Source: Ruditapes philippinarum (Eukaryota). From it: 64,000 nt of DNA. The notes under the pieces are model-generated. The model was not told the origin of the DNA, did no database searches, and saw nothing but the letters and a program-made list of their open reading frames with translations. The stretch lies in NCBI RefSeq assembly GCF_026571515.1, contig NW_026857949.1, positions 1 to 64,000 on the forward strand. The letters run 5' to 3'. Positions 63,250-64,000 of the stretch are shown here, piece by piece. How positions within the stretch are numbered: the first letter of the stretch is position 1; every line of letters starts with the position of its first letter. Made by a program: the position numbers and the translations under genes.

Positions 63250-64000
63250 TGTAACGTAGGGTTCTTTTATAAACCCAAGTTTTCTGAATGAGCCATAGAT
63301 TTTTCTTCATCTCTGCTGAATTGTTACAAGAAACCTAAAAGTGCTTATCACATAAAAGAACACTTAGCTCCTGATTGCGTTCATTCTAAATAAATACAGA
63401 GACCATGAAGTAATATATACGCAAACAAGTGAAAAATAAAGGATATACAATTATATAGTATATCTAACAATAACTTCCTAATTAACTAGCCGACATTATA
63501 ACATTTATTCCGAATAATATATGTACAAACTATTAAATAAAACTAACACTACGTGTTCAAATTGACTGTTGTAAAAACTAGCGATATTAGTGATAAAAGT
63601 AAGATACTGATGGTTAAATCATTATTTCCCGTGGGCAGCAACTTTTCTGGTGCTTGAGAAAGCATCACAGTATAGACAAGGTTGTGGGTGTAAAATGTCA
63701 TCCTTATATTCAATCAGGGCTATTATATTTTCAATCGTTGAAGGTCGTTGAGCACGACATTTTATTAGGCATTTGTCTTGTTTTCTTTTAGTTCCTTATC
63801 AGTTACTAATTATTTATTCTTATGTTGTGGTTTGCTCCTTGCCACTGGCTCTTGTTATTGGGTCGGTGGGGGTTGCGTTCATTGAACTGCCTTTCCTTGT
63901 TGATCTTGTTTATCATATTTTCTTGAAATTCCGACAGTTTGATCTTGATTGCTCCATTTTATCCTTTTAAAAACTGTTTAATCTTCTTAATATATATTTC

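Overview
AT-rich, intron-containing animal DNA, most likely a bivalve mollusc (inferred from the repeat families and an HSPA12-type Hsp70). It is not prokaryotic. Left to right: (1) the 3' exons of a myosin-XVIII gene (+); (2) a cluster of peroxisomal sarcosine/pipecolate oxidase (PIPOX-like) paralogues, made of a divergent 8-exon pair (8661-24518 on -, 26952-38457 on +) and a third, intact-looking block with only exons 6-8 (45124-46772, +); (3) a secreted Gly/Tyr/Met/His-rich repeat protein (50876-51508); (4) an HSPA12-like gene (~54154-60773, 5' exons garbled). Introns and intergenic DNA are dense with nested mobile DNA. A Mag-type Ty3/gypsy LTR element with identical LTRs but a dead RT sits inside an 8.2-kb long-TIR DNA element. 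Four Helentron-associated (HINE-like) elements carry internal satellite arrays of 145/156/167/170 bp, one with higher-order repeats. There are also several MITE families, SINE remnants and hairpins. The most unusual observation is a MITE concatemer whose TIR-to-TIR junctions (TTC-CG-GAA) match ligation of self-complementary 2-nt CG overhangs. Other notable points are the orphan PIPOX 3' exon module, CpG-transition damage clustered in the RT core, and a GC-AG intron in one PIPOX paralogue. All coordinates were read by eye. Three stretches (~1-260, ~9000-9450, ~54600-56560) look like low-quality consensus.
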